Part shown: positions 28,049-38,083 of the stretch, piece by piece | Layout: the number at the start of each line of letters is the position of its first letter | Position numbering within the stretch: the first letter of the stretch is position 1 | Virus record (IMG/VR): IMGVR_UViG_3300047499_000163 | DNA length: 64,000 bases | Source: an uncultured virus (IMG/VR IMGVR_UViG_3300047499_000163) | Lineage: Duplodnaviria > Heunggongvirae > Uroviricota > Caudoviricetes | Reading direction: 5' to 3' (one strand) | Position numbers and translations under genes: made by a program | Notes under the pieces: generated by a model | What the model was told of the DNA's origin: nothing | Database searches by the model: none | What the model saw: the letters and a program-made list of their open reading frames with translations, nothing else

Positions 28049-28072
28049 TACGTGCCCGCGCCCGCGGGCTAC
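28049..28072 (-). promoter_or_regulatory. Phage promoter motif GTAG-N16-CGTA
   Basis: Exact spacing, followed by GGAGGTG. Confidence 0.6.
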
Positions 28073-28431
28073 GCGCGCCCGTGCCGGGCCGCACGGGCGA
28101 GGGCCAGGCGGCGCTCGCCGCCCGAGTTGAGCCAGCGGACGAACGCGCGAGCCAGCCAGCCGACCGTGCCGGCCTCCTCGTCCATTCCTTCCGACCGAGA
28201 CGGGTCCTCTTTCAGGAATGCCTTCCAACAAGTGCGCATGCGCTTGAGGTAGAACGAATCGTCGCCGAACATCGAGAAGACGATAGGTCCGCTCGTTCCG
28301 TCCTCGTAGGACAGAATGGCATGGGCGCACTTGAAGCTGCTGCCGTAGCGGATGATTCTGATGTAATCGTTGCGCTCGCCCTTCACGGGGACGATCTCAG
28401 CTGGCTTCTCGACGAACTTCTTTGCGGCCAT
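28069..28431 (-). CDS. Hypothetical protein
   Basis: MAAKKFVEKP..., 120 aa. Confidence 0.55.
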   Translation of the reverse strand: MAAKKFVEKPAEIVPVKGERNDYIRIIRYGSSFKCAHAILSYEDGTSGPIVFSMFGDDSFYLKRMRTCWKAFLKEDPSRSEGMDEEAGTVGWLARAFVRWLNSGGERRLALARAARHGRA

Positions 28432-28568
28432 TCTGACGGGCCTTCCTCTTCGCAGCCATATTGACGCGCTTGCGCTTGGACGGCTTGCGGTTGACGATGT
28501 TGGATTTCTTGACGCCGCAGCACCCCAGGCGCAGGTCTTGGAGTCGGACCGCTTGTGGCCGTAGGGCT

Positions 28569-28805
28569 TCATGCTGAGAACTCGTGCTCGCAGCCGTTGG
28601 TGTTGAAGACGGGGTTCTTGGGGTGGAGACCGCACTTAGTGCACAGGGCCTTCTTCGGGTCCTTCTTGGGCTGCACCGGCTTGGCCTTCTCGGCTTCCTC
28701 CGGGAACTCGTGATGCAGGCCGTACGTGCAACCGTGCCCGGGGTTGTCCTTGCACCACGGCGTCGGATCGTTCGGACTCTTGAGGCAGAAGGTGCAGATG
28801 TTCAT
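28569..28805 (-). CDS. Small Cys/His-rich zinc-binding protein
   Basis: CTFC, CTKCGLH, CEHEF. Confidence 0.6.
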   Translation of the reverse strand: MNICTFCLKSPNDPTPWCKDNPGHGCTYGLHHEFPEEAEKAKPVQPKKDPKKALCTKCGLHPKNPVFNTNGCEHEFSA

Positions 28806-29125
28806 GCGTCGACCTTGGGAGAACTGTATCGAGTCTCCTTGGCCCTCCGGATGCGCTCGAGAACGGACTCCTTGGACCCATGCCAGAAGAAGATATTCGT
28901 TCCCTCGCCGTCCGGCGAGTGATAAGTCGCCGTCCAGATGGGGCCACGGGATGACCTCGCCATCTTAGCGACTTCCCGGACTTGCTGAACCTGGTAGTCC
29001 TCGCTTGCCGAGAGACAGACCCAGGCGTCGCACCACTGAGGGCGATCCTGGTACCTGCGCTGCCAGTTGGTATTGAGCATGTCCCGGAGTGCCAGGGTGA
29101 TCTCGAAGGACTTGGCGACGGGCAT
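28802..29125 (-). CDS. Hypothetical protein
   Basis: GAGGT Shine-Dalgarno, ATGA coupling. Confidence 0.55.
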   Translation of the reverse strand: MPVAKSFEITLALRDMLNTNWQRRYQDRPQWCDAWVCLSASEDYQVQQVREVAKMARSSRGPIWTATYHSPDGEGTNIFFWHGSKESVLERIRRAKETRYSSPKVDA

Positions 29126-29708
29126 GACTACCTCACCGCGAAGCTGGTGCCGATCCCCGGCTTGGGCAGGTGCTTCTTGGCCTGCCGGTGCTTGCCCTGC
29201 TCGACGTGCAGATCGCTCATGCCGACGTAGACGGAAGCCACACTTTGCGCGCGGATCCCATGATGGCGAAGAAGCTTCACCATCCACGTCGTGCCGGGAC
29301 CTCCCTCAGATGCCTTGAGGTACGTCCCGAAGTAGACGACCGGACGCTTCATGCGCCCGGCTTCCTGGCCTTGCGCGCGGCCTTGCGCTTCTCCAGGTCG
29401 ATGGCCTTGCACACGGCGTCGCGGGCGAGGATGCCGACGCGCTGACCAATGTACTGCTCGACGACGTTCTCGATGGCCTTGCCCGTGAGCGTACCCTCGA
29501 TGGCCCTCGTGATGGCCTCGTCGAGGCGTTTGCTGCCCTCCTCGGTCTTGAAGTACGCCTGCAGGCGGTCCTGCACCTCCTTGACGAGAGTTGTGGTAGG
29601 TCGCCTCCTCCGCGACGTTCACGAGCACCTTGTCGAGCACGCTGTACATGGGCATTTCTCCGAACGGGAACATCCTGACCAGAACGCCGGGAGGGAAGTA
29701 GGGGTCCA

Positions 29709-30068
29709 TCAGACGAGCTTGAGGCCGCCGGTGTCGGCAACCGTCTCGCCGCCGTCGATGACCATCTGGCAGAACTCGTCCTCCGAGATGATCTTGATGC
29801 GGTTCTTCTCCGCCTCGATGAGCTTGGACGACTTGGTGGCGGAGACCGTGCTCCCCTTGTTCCAGTCGCGATTCGTGATGAGGAAGTTCACGCCCCACCG
29901 GGGACGGGGCTCGAACTTGCCGCCCGCCGTCTCGATGATCTTGACGATGACGTCGCGGGGCCTGCCGAGATGCCCGGTGATGCTGAAGGTCTTGCCCTTC
30001 AGCGCGTTGCTCACCTCCATCACCTCGATGACGCACCACATGTCGCTGTGTTCGTTAGCACGAGCCAT
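29709..30068 (-). CDS. Stand-alone BRCT domain protein (LigA C-terminal type)
   Basis: LKGKTFSITGHL...IETAGGK...SSKLIEAEK...IKIISEDEF. Confidence 0.85.
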   Translation of the reverse strand: MARANEHSDMWCVIEVMEVSNALKGKTFSITGHLGRPRDVIVKIIETAGGKFEPRPRWGVNFLITNRDWNKGSTVSATKSSKLIEAEKNRIKIISEDEFCQMVIDGGETVADTGGLKLV

Positions 30069-30089
30069 TGGCTCACCTCCACTGATCGG

Positions 30090-30113
30090 TACGTGCCGAC
30101 CCGTCCGACCTGC
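30090..30113 (-). promoter_or_regulatory. Phage promoter motif GCAG-N16-CGTA plus Shine-Dalgarno
   Basis: Exact spacing, then CCGATCAGTGGAGGTG. Confidence 0.7.
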
Positions 30114-30158
30114 GCCCTACATTAGACTTCCATTACCTCACACGTAAAAGTAGAGTCA

Positions 30159-30704
30159 ATGGAAAGTATTGGTCTCGCCCCTGGAATGGAACTGTGCATC
30201 GCTTGTGGACCGAAACCTCGGTCTCATTTCGGAGTCGACTCTCGATGCGCGAACGGCCTCAAACGACGATGCAAGCTTTGTGAATCAGAATACCAGAAGC
30301 AACATCGTAAGAAAAACAAGAAGGCATATGCCTCCCGTTCCAAGAGATGGCGAGAGACTCATGCAGAGCAACGAACTGCAACAGCTCGCGCTTACCGCGA
30401 GAAGATGAGGACGGAGGCTTTCCAAGCCTACAGTCCTGGAGAGATCAAGTGTTCTTGCCATGGATGTGATTCCAAGGAACCGAAGTTCCTTGGAATCGAT
30501 CACATAAATGGTGGTGGCCGCAAGCACCGCGAAGAAATTAGGAAGTCCAAGCGGGGCGGCGGGCTTGGCATTTACTCATGGCTCCGCCAACAGGGGTACC
30601 CACCCGGGTACAGAGTTCTTTGCCACAATTGCAATATGGCAGTAGGACTGTATGGTAAATGCCCACACGAGCATGGACTTATGGTGCGCTCCAAGACCAC
30701 TTGA
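30159..30704 (+). CDS. HNH-type (His-Cys) endonuclease
   Basis: LGIDHINGGG...HR, YRVLCHNCN; lower GC; antisense to its neighbours. Confidence 0.8.
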   Translation: MESIGLAPGMELCIACGPKPRSHFGVDSRCANGLKRRCKLCESEYQKQHRKKNKKAYASRSKRWRETHAEQRTATARAYREKMRTEAFQAYSPGEIKCSCHGCDSKEPKFLGIDHINGGGRKHREEIRKSKRGGGLGIYSWLRQQGYPPGYRVLCHNCNMAVGLYGKCPHEHGLMVRSKTT

Positions 30705-31032
30705 GTCGTGGTTTGCCGACGCGCTGCTCGATCTTCGCGATTTGGATGAGATCTTCGTATCGCCCGTGACCGCACAGGGTTGTGAGGATGGGATTGCTGA
30801 GCGAATACGGAACGTAGTCCCGGTATTGGAGCGCACCGCACTTCGGGCACTGGAGCCAGAGCCGGACGTAGTTGCCGGTCGGCATCCTGTTCTTCTTCTG
30901 CAGGTCTCGAACGGATTGTTGCAGAACGGCGAAAGCCGACTGCCTGGCCTTCAGGTCGTCCTTCTTGGCAGACTCCAAGACCTCCTCAGGCGTCCGGTCC
31001 AGGGCGCGGCGAGCAGCGAGCAGCGCGTTCAT
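30679..31032 (-). CDS. Zinc-ribbon hypothetical protein
   Basis: CPKC...LCGH. Confidence 0.55.
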   Translation of the reverse strand: MNALLAARRALDRTPEEVLESAKKDDLKARQSAFAVLQQSVRDLQKKNRMPTGNYVRLWLQCPKCGALQYRDYVPYSLSNPILTTLCGHGRYEDLIQIAKIEQRVGKPRLKWSWSAP

Positions 31033-31037
31033 GAGGA

Positions 31038-31481
31038 CTACGACTCCATCACGATCTTGACCGCCTTGACGCGATCCCTGTAGAACGAGTCGACGGCCAA
31101 GTCGTACTCGATCTCGCACGCATCCGAGAGCTTGCACCAGAAGCGCTGGTTTCTGGCCATCTTCTCACCCTGCATCACCTTCCACATGATGCTGTCGTAG
31201 TCGATCTCGTTGGCATCGCCGTCTGCCTTGAGACGGCTCTTGTTCTGCGTGCGGATGTACACGCGATCGCACTCGAGCACGGTCCCTGCGGGCAGGGATG
31301 CCTGCACCTTCTTGAGGTTGTGGCTCCGGTCGTAGGCTCCCCAGGAGTCGCCCTTCCCTGGCTTGTAGAGCCCTCGGGCCTCGGCGAACTTCATGTTCCG
31401 GCTCTCGAGATAGAGAGTGAACTCCCAGGGAGCGGTCAGCGTCAGGCGGTCACCACACGCGGGGATGAACAACTTGGCCAT
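31038..31481 (-). CDS. Hypothetical protein with VMES tag
   Basis: Ends VKAVKIVMES*; ATG 9 nt after GCAG-N16-TGTA (31491-31514). Confidence 0.75.
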   Translation of the reverse strand: MAKLFIPACGDRLTLTAPWEFTLYLESRNMKFAEARGLYKPGKGDSWGAYDRSHNLKKVQASLPAGTVLECDRVYIRTQNKSRLKADGDANEIDYDSIMWKVMQGEKMARNQRFWCKLSDACEIEYDLAVDSFYRDRVKAVKIVMES

Positions 31482-31522
31482 GTCGATCCATACAACCGAC
31501 CGGCCGCGACCTGCGCTTGCGC

Positions 31523-31826
31523 TCAGTCCTCGACTGCCACGAGCTTGCCGTAGATGCCGTTGGCGCCAACCCACCCGTTGACATGGCCCTTATTGTTCCC
31601 GATCTGGAACCTACCGTCTTGCACGGCCTTGACCAGGTGAAGGAATTCCCTGCCATATACTTTGCAGAGGACTACATCCCCCTGGCTGAACGGTCTTGGG
31701 GTCCACAGGAGCCACGGTGCACAATTGCCCGCTCTCCACTCGGCCGCGCATCGAGTTACCATGCGGCCGAAATTGGACGGTCTGCCCGTTCCTCAGCTTG
31801 GCGATATGTGCCGTGGCCCAACCCAT
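31523..31826 (-). pseudogene. S24/S26 peptidase-like small protein, frameshifted near 31685
   Basis: RPHGNSM, then GDVVLCKV...LHLV...GNN in another frame. Confidence 0.6.
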
Positions 31827-31827
31827 G

Positions 31828-32067
31828 TCAGGACTCCATTACTTCCCGAGCGATAGCATCTCCGCAAGAGGTCTGCGCGCCGGGACCGGACCAGTTTTTC
31901 CACTGGACGCCGCATTTGTCGGCGATGGCGGCGAGCCCGCACACCTCACACCGGAAAGACACCCGGACCTGAGGGTCCAGCCCACCCTTGTACTCCCGGT
32001 GCCTGTAGAACGTGTGCCCGTTGTGACGGGCTCTGTGCGCCTGGCGCCACTGAGGTCGAGGGATCAC
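31828..32067 (-). CDS. Small zinc-finger protein with VMES tag
   Basis: HTF...FRCEVC...CGDAIAREVMES*. Confidence 0.7.
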   Translation of the reverse strand: MIPRPQWRQAHRARHNGHTFYRHREYKGGLDPQVRVSFRCEVCGLAAIADKCGVQWKNWSGPGAQTSCGDAIAREVMES

Positions 32068-32525
32068 AGTCTTCTGCCGGCTACCCAATCGGCCACCACC
32101 TGTCTGGCATTGGGCACATTCACCCAATAAGCCATACTACCGCCTGGCTCGAAGTGGAAGAGGAAAAGCAGCACGTTGGACTTGGCGCCGATTTCCTCCC
32201 CGAGCTTGGCGCACATACGCTGGAGCCGCACCCGGTCGTATGACTCGAAGGGGTCCTGGGCAGCGGTCTCCGGGTCGATGTATGGCTCGAACTCCTCCTT
32301 GTCGGTGAGAGTCGACAGTTGCTTCTGAATCTCCCGGATTTCCCGGTCGCTTTTCTTGAGCCATTCGCGGAACATCTTTTGAACGTCCTCGCGACGTGCG
32401 TTCGAGACGTATGCCGCCACCCTGTTCTTCTGCACGAACAGGGCGAATCCGAAAGGCCAAATTTGCGACTCGATATACCGAGCGAGCTTGGTGAGATCGT
32501 CCCGCAGGCCGGCGTTCATCTTCAT
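32064..32525 (-). CDS. Hypothetical protein with an internal duplication
   Basis: AAYVSNARREDV and MAYWVNVPNARQVV. Confidence 0.6.
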   Translation of the reverse strand: MKMNAGLRDDLTKLARYIESQIWPFGFALFVQKNRVAAYVSNARREDVQKMFREWLKKSDREIREIQKQLSTLTDKEEFEPYIDPETAAQDPFESYDRVRLQRMCAKLGEEIGAKSNVLLFLFHFEPGGSMAYWVNVPNARQVVADWVAGRRL

Positions 32526-33358
32526 GATTCCATGACCTTGCGCACCTGGGCCAACTGCTGCGTTGAAACGATATCCTCGAGTTCGACAAGAGAAATGTCG
32601 GCCCGGTTCTGCGTGGTGAACCTGGCGAACTTCTCTATCTCGTCGTAGCCGAGCTTGAAGAAGGCGAGAATCGCCTCGGGCGGCGTGTCGATGAGGCCCT
32701 TGCTGCTGAGAAGGAACTTGCTGAGCTTCTCGCGGAACACCTCGCGCTCGGCCTCACCCTTCTTGCCGAACTGCTCGTCGACTATCTCGTCGAGATTGTT
32801 CTGCACGCGCGACCATTCGGCGCGGGTCGCATCGACGATGCGCTGCCAGTTGTCGCCGCAGTCGTGTTTGAAGGCGTCGACGAGTTCTCCCATGAAGCCA
32901 TCGTACAGGTTCGGCAGGTTCCCCGACCTGTAGAAATGGATGTGGCCCCAATGAAAGTAGAGGTGCGGGAACTCGGGCTCTCGCACGCGGGCGGTTCCGC
33001 GGTAGGTCTCGTGCGTGTCGTCCACGTCGGTCACGTTCTCGACGAGCATTCTCTTCTTGCCGTGAACGAGAATCACCTGCGGCATCACCCACCGGTGCTT
33101 GTGGTGAAAGGCGTGCTTGGCCTGGCCGCTCTTGGCTCGTAGGACCTTGGGCTTCTCGATCTTCACCGAGCAAGCACGCAGGAAGTTTACGAACTCCTGG
33201 ATGTGCCGCTTGTTCTCGACCAGAGTGCCGTCTTCTTCCTGGATGGACTTCTGATCGCCGCCGTACCTGGTGTTGCGGATGCGCTCGGCTCGGTCCCGAC
33301 TCCAAAAGTGCTGAATCTTGGCGAAGACCTCGGCGACCGTCTTGTGCTCGTCGGACAC
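32522..33358 (-). CDS. Hypothetical protein with VMES tag
   Basis: Ends QLAQVRKVMES*; promoter GGAA-N16-CGTA at 33379-33402 plus Shine-Dalgarno. Confidence 0.75.
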   Translation of the reverse strand: MSDEHKTVAEVFAKIQHFWSRDRAERIRNTRYGGDQKSIQEEDGTLVENKRHIQEFVNFLRACSVKIEKPKVLRAKSGQAKHAFHHKHRWVMPQVILVHGKKRMLVENVTDVDDTHETYRGTARVREPEFPHLYFHWGHIHFYRSGNLPNLYDGFMGELVDAFKHDCGDNWQRIVDATRAEWSRVQNNLDEIVDEQFGKKGEAEREVFREKLSKFLLSSKGLIDTPPEAILAFFKLGYDEIEKFARFTTQNRADISLVELEDIVSTQQLAQVRKVMES

Positions 33359-33427
33359 GCGCAACCTCCACGGATCGATACGCCCCGGCTGGTGCAACTT
33401 CCGCGCGCCGGCGTTCTCGCGCGCGAG

Positions 33428-33712
33428 TTATGTGTCCATCACCACGTGAGCAATGAGTTCGTTACAGGTGAGCCCCTCCATCGTCTTGGTAGGAGATGGC
33501 TCTTTTGTCTCCGAGTAGACTTTGCTGCCGCACCTCGTGCAAAACCAGTGCGGGCGGTCGCGGATCCCACCCCATAGGTTGCGAAACTCCCAAACGTGGT
33601 GGTCTGCCGTCGAATCCATGCTACAAATATGGCACATAAGTCGAAGCCCAGCATCCTTGGGAGGAGCCGGGCTTTGAAATCTCTGTCCTAATCGGACTTC
33701 GTGTGCGCACAC
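33428..33712 (-). CDS. Small zinc-finger protein with VMDT tag (start uncertain)
   Basis: HVW...WFCTRC...CNELIAHVVMDT*. Confidence 0.65.
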   Translation of the reverse strand: MCAHEVRLGQRFQSPAPPKDAGLRLMCHICSMDSTADHHVWEFRNLWGGIRDRPHWFCTRCGSKVYSETKEPSPTKTMEGLTCNELIAHVVMDT

Positions 33713-34017
33713 TAGTTAAGGACTGGAATGGGCTTTCGCCTACCCTCCAGCTACCCTCAACGGAGTTTTAGGAAATGCCGAATTGAATGCCACTTCATGC
33801 GAACCCAAGTCGCGATGAAGCCTGCACTTGAAAGGGCAGTGACAGCGGCCGCGGTCTCGTCAGGAGGCATGAGGTTCCTCCGGAAGAACTCCCGGAACTT
33901 CCGCCCGAGGAGGAGCCGCCTCCAGTCGGAGCCGGGCTCGGGCTCGGTCCACTCGAACACGCCGCACATACCAGAAGAGTCAGAACGGAAAATAGCATTG
34001 CTGCCTCCACCGATCGA

Positions 34018-34041
34018 TACGCGCGGACGTGCGCGATCTAC
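34018..34041 (-). promoter_or_regulatory. Phage promoter motif GTAG-N16-CGTA plus Shine-Dalgarno
   Basis: Exact spacing, then TCGATCGGTGGAGG. Confidence 0.7.
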
Positions 34042-34117
34042 GCCTCGCGTGCTCCTCTTTTCACAAATAGAGCATATTCCATTTCATTTATTCCAACATT
34101 AGGGTTAGGGTCAGTTT

Positions 34118-35025
34118 ATGGCGTGCAAAATTCATTCAAAAGGGCCATTCCTCAAGAGTGGAAAGTGCAAACCATGCCAGACAGAGTACAACCGGCAGCA
34201 TTATCTTGATCAGAAGGCCGGCATCGTTCGGAAGAAACCAGTCGTCGAACGAATCTGCACGATTCATCCTGCCGCTCTTATTTGGAAAAACGGCAATTGC
34301 AAATCTTGCTATCTCGTCCAATGGCGCAAGGAAAACCCCGAGAAATGCGCCGAGTTAGAGGCTGCTCGCGACCCTGAACAGAGAAAAGCACATCATAGAC
34401 GATCGCACCACAAGCGACGAGAGGTTATTCTCCCTGCTCAAAGACAACGCAATCTAAATCGCAAAATCGAGGCGATCGCCCATTATTCACACGGGACGAT
34501 GAAATGTGCTCTCTGTCCCGAGAAGACGCTCTCGGATTAGATCATATCGATGGGAAAGGCGGAGAACACAGGAGAAAAATTGGTACGGGTGGAACTGCAA
34601 AAATGTGGCTATGGGCTAAGAAGAATAACTTGCCCACCATGTTTCGCGTTCTATGTCATAACTGTAATTGGATAGCTAGTATTAGATCAAATAATGGTGG
34701 GAAAGCAGCACGGCTCGATGCGGCTCTCAAACTACAAACATTATCTCATTATTCGGAAGGAGAGCCAACATGCGCGATATGCACATACAAAGATATCCGG
34801 GCGCTGTCGATTGATCACCCAAATTCAAATGGCGCTGAACATAGACGTCAGCTTGGCGTAGTTGGCGGTTCTCAGTTCTACCGCCGTCTACGCCAAGCTG
34901 AATTTCCGCTTGGTTTTCGCGTTCTGTGCTATAGCTGCAATCTATGCCGCTACATCGAACAGAAGAGAATTGATCCTACGTTCGCACGGGGCGCAAAGAG
35001 CACACCCGGCCGAAGTTCGGCTTGA
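34118..35025 (+). pseudogene. Two-domain HNH-type endonuclease, frameshifted near 34535
   Basis: LDHIDGKG...FRVLCHNCN and LSIDHPNSNG...FRVLCYSCN; low GC. Confidence 0.75.
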
Positions 35026-36475
35026 ACTGCCTGTCGTTTGTGATTATCCACAAGACATCGCAATGGGGCCTGAGATTCAGCGGGATGTGGCCGCAGTCTC
35101 CGTCCGTGATGATGACCACGAGGTCGAAGTCCTTGCCGAGCTTGGTCGGCAGCTCCTCGAAGAACTGGTCGAACACCGTGCCTCCGCGGCCGATGACCTT
35201 CGTGCGGCGCAGGTCCGTGCTCTTGGTGATCCGCACGACGCCCTCCCAATGGGGCGCGGCGTCGCAGGGGACCACGTAGCCCTCGGTGTTGTCGCCGCAG
35301 AGCTGGAGTTCCTTGAGGCCGTTCGCGATATCCTCGTCGCTCATCGACCCGGAGGTGTCCAGCATGGCCACCCACTTGGGCTTGAAGTCATGCTTCTTCG
35401 GCTGGTAGATGGGCGGCTTCTGCGCCATGCCGCGGCGCTTGAACCGCTTCCAGTCGTTCTTGTTGCCGACGTCGATCGCCTTGCGCTGGAAGCAGTGGCG
35501 GATGATGTCGCGTGGGGAGAGCTGGGGCTTCTTCAGCTCGGCCAGGGCCGACTCCACCTCGGAGGGGACCGTGCCGCGCATCTGCGTGGCCGCTTCGGCT
35601 GCACGCATCATGTCGCCGAGGGTCTCGTCCCGCGTCTGCTGCGAGGGCAGGTGCGAGTCCATGGGGCCGTAAGGCGAGTAGTCCGGGGGAGCACCGCACT
35701 TGGGGCAGGAGTGGGGACCCCACGGGTCGCCCTCCTTGAGGTTGGCAATGTCTGCCGGCGACGGCTTGGGCTCGAACTTCGACTGCCCCGTCTTGGGGTT
35801 GATGCTCATGGCGCCGCAGCCACCGTTGCGCTCCTTGCAGCGCCGGGGGCTGTTCTGCTTGGCGACCTGGATCTGGTCGTAGATCGTCTCGGGCGACATG
35901 CCCACGCACGTCGGATCGGCGAAGCACCCGTGGTCCGGCAGATCGGGACCCTTACCGGCGAACCAGTCGATGAGGTTCTGGAGCGTGATCGGGTTGCCGA
36001 GAGGGCCTCCCCACAGCTTGTACTTCTGGTCGCGCTTCGTCTTGACGTGATCCTGCTCGATCACCGCGTTGACGATGTAGTCGCACGACACGTTCCAGTC
36101 CTTCTGATTCTTGCCCGCCGCACGCTCGTCGCTGCAGTGGAAGAAGAGGACGTGGAAGCTCTCGTGCGACATGACCGTCGAGCACTGGTTCTCGTCCAGG
36201 CTCGACAGGAACGTCGGGTTCCAGAAGAATGCCTTGCCGTTGGTGGCCGCCGTGTCGATCGGGTGCCCGTACATCTCGGTCGCGAGATAGTGCGGCTTGG
36301 GGCCAGCCAGGGCGAACAGGAACGGGTTGCCGCCACTCTCGGGCTTGCGGAACAGCCTCGTCATCGTCGACGAGATCTTGTCCTGCAAGTCCTTGAGCTG
36401 TCGCGGTGAGGCCGTCAGATTGCTCGGGTCCTGGAGCCGAGCGATCCCTCCGACGAACGTAGACGACGATCCCAT
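34976..36475 (-). CDS. DUF2201-type HEXXH metallopeptidase plus VWA-like domain protein
   Basis: TAATNG, HESFH, WNVSCDYIVN, MIDAS motif LDTSGSM, GRGGTVF, IITDG; promoter GGAA-N16-CGTA at 36500-36523. Confidence 0.85.
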   Translation of the reverse strand: MGSSSTFVGGIARLQDPSNLTASPRQLKDLQDKISSTMTRLFRKPESGGNPFLFALAGPKPHYLATEMYGHPIDTAATNGKAFFWNPTFLSSLDENQCSTVMSHESFHVLFFHCSDERAAGKNQKDWNVSCDYIVNAVIEQDHVKTKRDQKYKLWGGPLGNPITLQNLIDWFAGKGPDLPDHGCFADPTCVGMSPETIYDQIQVAKQNSPRRCKERNGGCGAMSINPKTGQSKFEPKPSPADIANLKEGDPWGPHSCPKCGAPPDYSPYGPMDSHLPSQQTRDETLGDMMRAAEAATQMRGTVPSEVESALAELKKPQLSPRDIIRHCFQRKAIDVGNKNDWKRFKRRGMAQKPPIYQPKKHDFKPKWVAMLDTSGSMSDEDIANGLKELQLCGDNTEGYVVPCDAAPHWEGVVRITKSTDLRRTKVIGRGGTVFDQFFEELPTKLGKDFDLVVIITDGDCGHIPLNLRPHCDVLWIITNDRQFKPNFGRVCSLRPVRT

Positions 36476-36669
36476 ATGCGATCCACCTCCACCGATCGGT
36501 ACGCGCGGACGCGCGCGGTTTCCGCCTGATTTTACATCCTGATACGCAAAGGCCCGTCTCCCAAGTGGCGACCCTTCCGAATCATCGCATCGGGTCTCTT
36601 GGAAAACGGGCCGGTTGAAGCCTCTCTGAAGTTTCAATTATCCAATTGATTAGCAGCGCTCGTTCGAAA

Positions 36670-36847
36670 TGTCGCCATTTCAGCTTCACGTGCACTCGAA
36701 GCGAGCCGCTCCCCAATTATCGACGGTGGGGACCTGATAGCTACAGTCATAACATGACAGCCTCCACGGACCTGAAGTTTCACATCATACATTAATCTTC
36801 AAAATGATCCGGTGTGTCGCCATTTCAGTTTCACGTGCACCCGAAGC
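36670..36847. repeat. Two 33-bp direct repeats (31/33 identical) 145 bp apart, with a degenerate copy between them
   Basis: TGTCGCCATTTCAG(C/T)TTCACGTGCAC(T/C)CGAAGC at 36670 and 36815. Confidence 0.85.
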
Positions 36848-36939
36848 CACTCTGAGTGCCCTCAACGGACTGCTTATCTCTATTCACACATTGCCCACTC
36901 ATGGGGCGTCAACAAAACCGTACACAAACGCCGTAGCAT

Positions 36940-37329
36940 TTACGCTGACATGACTTCATAGACTTCAGCGTGTTGCATCTTTTTGAGCAGGATGAGTGCG
37001 GTCTTGCGGAGTTTTCCCTGATTCTGCAACGAACACTTGTAACTGAAAAATAGCGCTGATGAAGCAAGAGGGAAAGTGTCGAGCAGTTTGTCCCGATTGA
37101 TTCTGTAAACCGTGATGTTCAACTGACCAGCGCCGGTCAGAACTTGCAGAATATAGGTATTGTCTCGAAGCTCAACGAGCAAGGAGTCACGCAACGATCC
37201 GAAACTTGCCCCAAGCTCACTGGTGCGCACTTCGGGGTCGCGGCGCAGCGCGCGAGCGAACGCCTCGCGTGCCTGGTCGCGTGCGGCGTCGAGGCGCCGC
37301 GGGACGGCGGGACGGACGCGGGCGGTCAC
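36940..37329 (-). CDS. Hypothetical protein with VMSA tag
   Basis: Ends AEVYEVMSA*; GTG 9 nt after the motif at 37339-37362. Confidence 0.65.
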   Translation of the reverse strand: MTARVRPAVPRRLDAARDQAREAFARALRRDPEVRTSELGASFGSLRDSLLVELRDNTYILQVLTGAGQLNITVYRINRDKLLDTFPLASSALFFSYKCSLQNQGKLRKTALILLKKMQHAEVYEVMSA

Positions 37330-37369
37330 GTCGGCCCGTACGCGCGGGCGCGCGGAACTCCCGGGCACT

Positions 37370-37645
37370 TCACCCGAGGAGTGTTCGGAGCCATACCTTG
37401 AATTTGTCGAGGCGGCACCGGATGGTTCCTTCGATGGAGTTGACAAGTCCGGTAACAGCAGCGGCCTTTGTGCTGCCGTAACTGAAGAAATAATCCTCAC
37501 CATCTGCGAGCTTCTTACTCTTGTCAGCGTGGGCGTCTGCCACGAAACCGAAGGCGTGGTCTTTACGAACACTCACTTCGTAGTCCACGTCAAAGGCAGA
37601 CTTCAAAGCGGTCCGGATGAGTTCGAGGCGCTCCTCGGTTTTCAC
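37370..37645 (-). CDS. Hypothetical protein
   Basis: 91 aa, coupled to the upstream gene. Confidence 0.5.
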   Translation of the reverse strand: MKTEERLELIRTALKSAFDVDYEVSVRKDHAFGFVADAHADKSKKLADGEDYFFSYGSTKAAAVTGLVNSIEGTIRCRLDKFKVWLRTLLG

Positions 37646-37893
37646 TTCAAGATGCCCCGACGCAAGAGTTTTTGCCGAGCCATCTCGCGTTCCTTGGCGA
37701 CCAACTCGTCATCGCCATCGTTCATGCTATCGTACTTCCCCTCGTAGAAGCCCAATAAGTGCTCGTCGTCCATCTCGGTGGGCACGAACTGGTAGGTGCA
37801 CGGGACTGCGAGGATACTTGTCGGAAGAGGGCCAGCCTTTTCGCAAGCCTCGAAAAACTCTTTCCGAAGCTGGGCTTTGCGTTCAGGATTCAT
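37642..37893 (-). CDS. Hypothetical protein
   Basis: 83 aa; start overlaps the VHES tail of the upstream gene. Confidence 0.55.
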   Translation of the reverse strand: MNPERKAQLRKEFFEACEKAGPLPTSILAVPCTYQFVPTEMDDEHLLGFYEGKYDSMNDGDDELVAKEREMARQKLLRRGILK

Positions 37894-38083
37894 GGACGGC
37901 TTTGAGGACGAGTTCGGTGCAACCGATTTTCTCGACGTCGTCGAGGCCCTCCCAATTCATCGCCATGCCGCGAACCGTATCTGGTCTCTTGCGGTGATAG
38001 AGGGGAGGAGGTTGGTTTCGCAGATAGACCTTCTCGAGGCACTTGGTGCATTGCCAATCATGCTCTGCGAGTTCGTCTCTCAT
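37883..38083 (-). CDS. Small zinc-finger protein with VHES tag
   Basis: HDWQCTKC...CTELVLKAVHES*. Confidence 0.7.
   Translation of the reverse strand: MRDELAEHDWQCTKCLEKVYLRNQPPPLYHRKRPDTVRGMAMNWEGLDDVEKIGCTELVLKAVHES

Noticed and set aside
34862..36409. 515-aa plus-strand ORF
   Set aside because: Antisense shadow of the DUF2201/VWA gene, with no motifs of its own.
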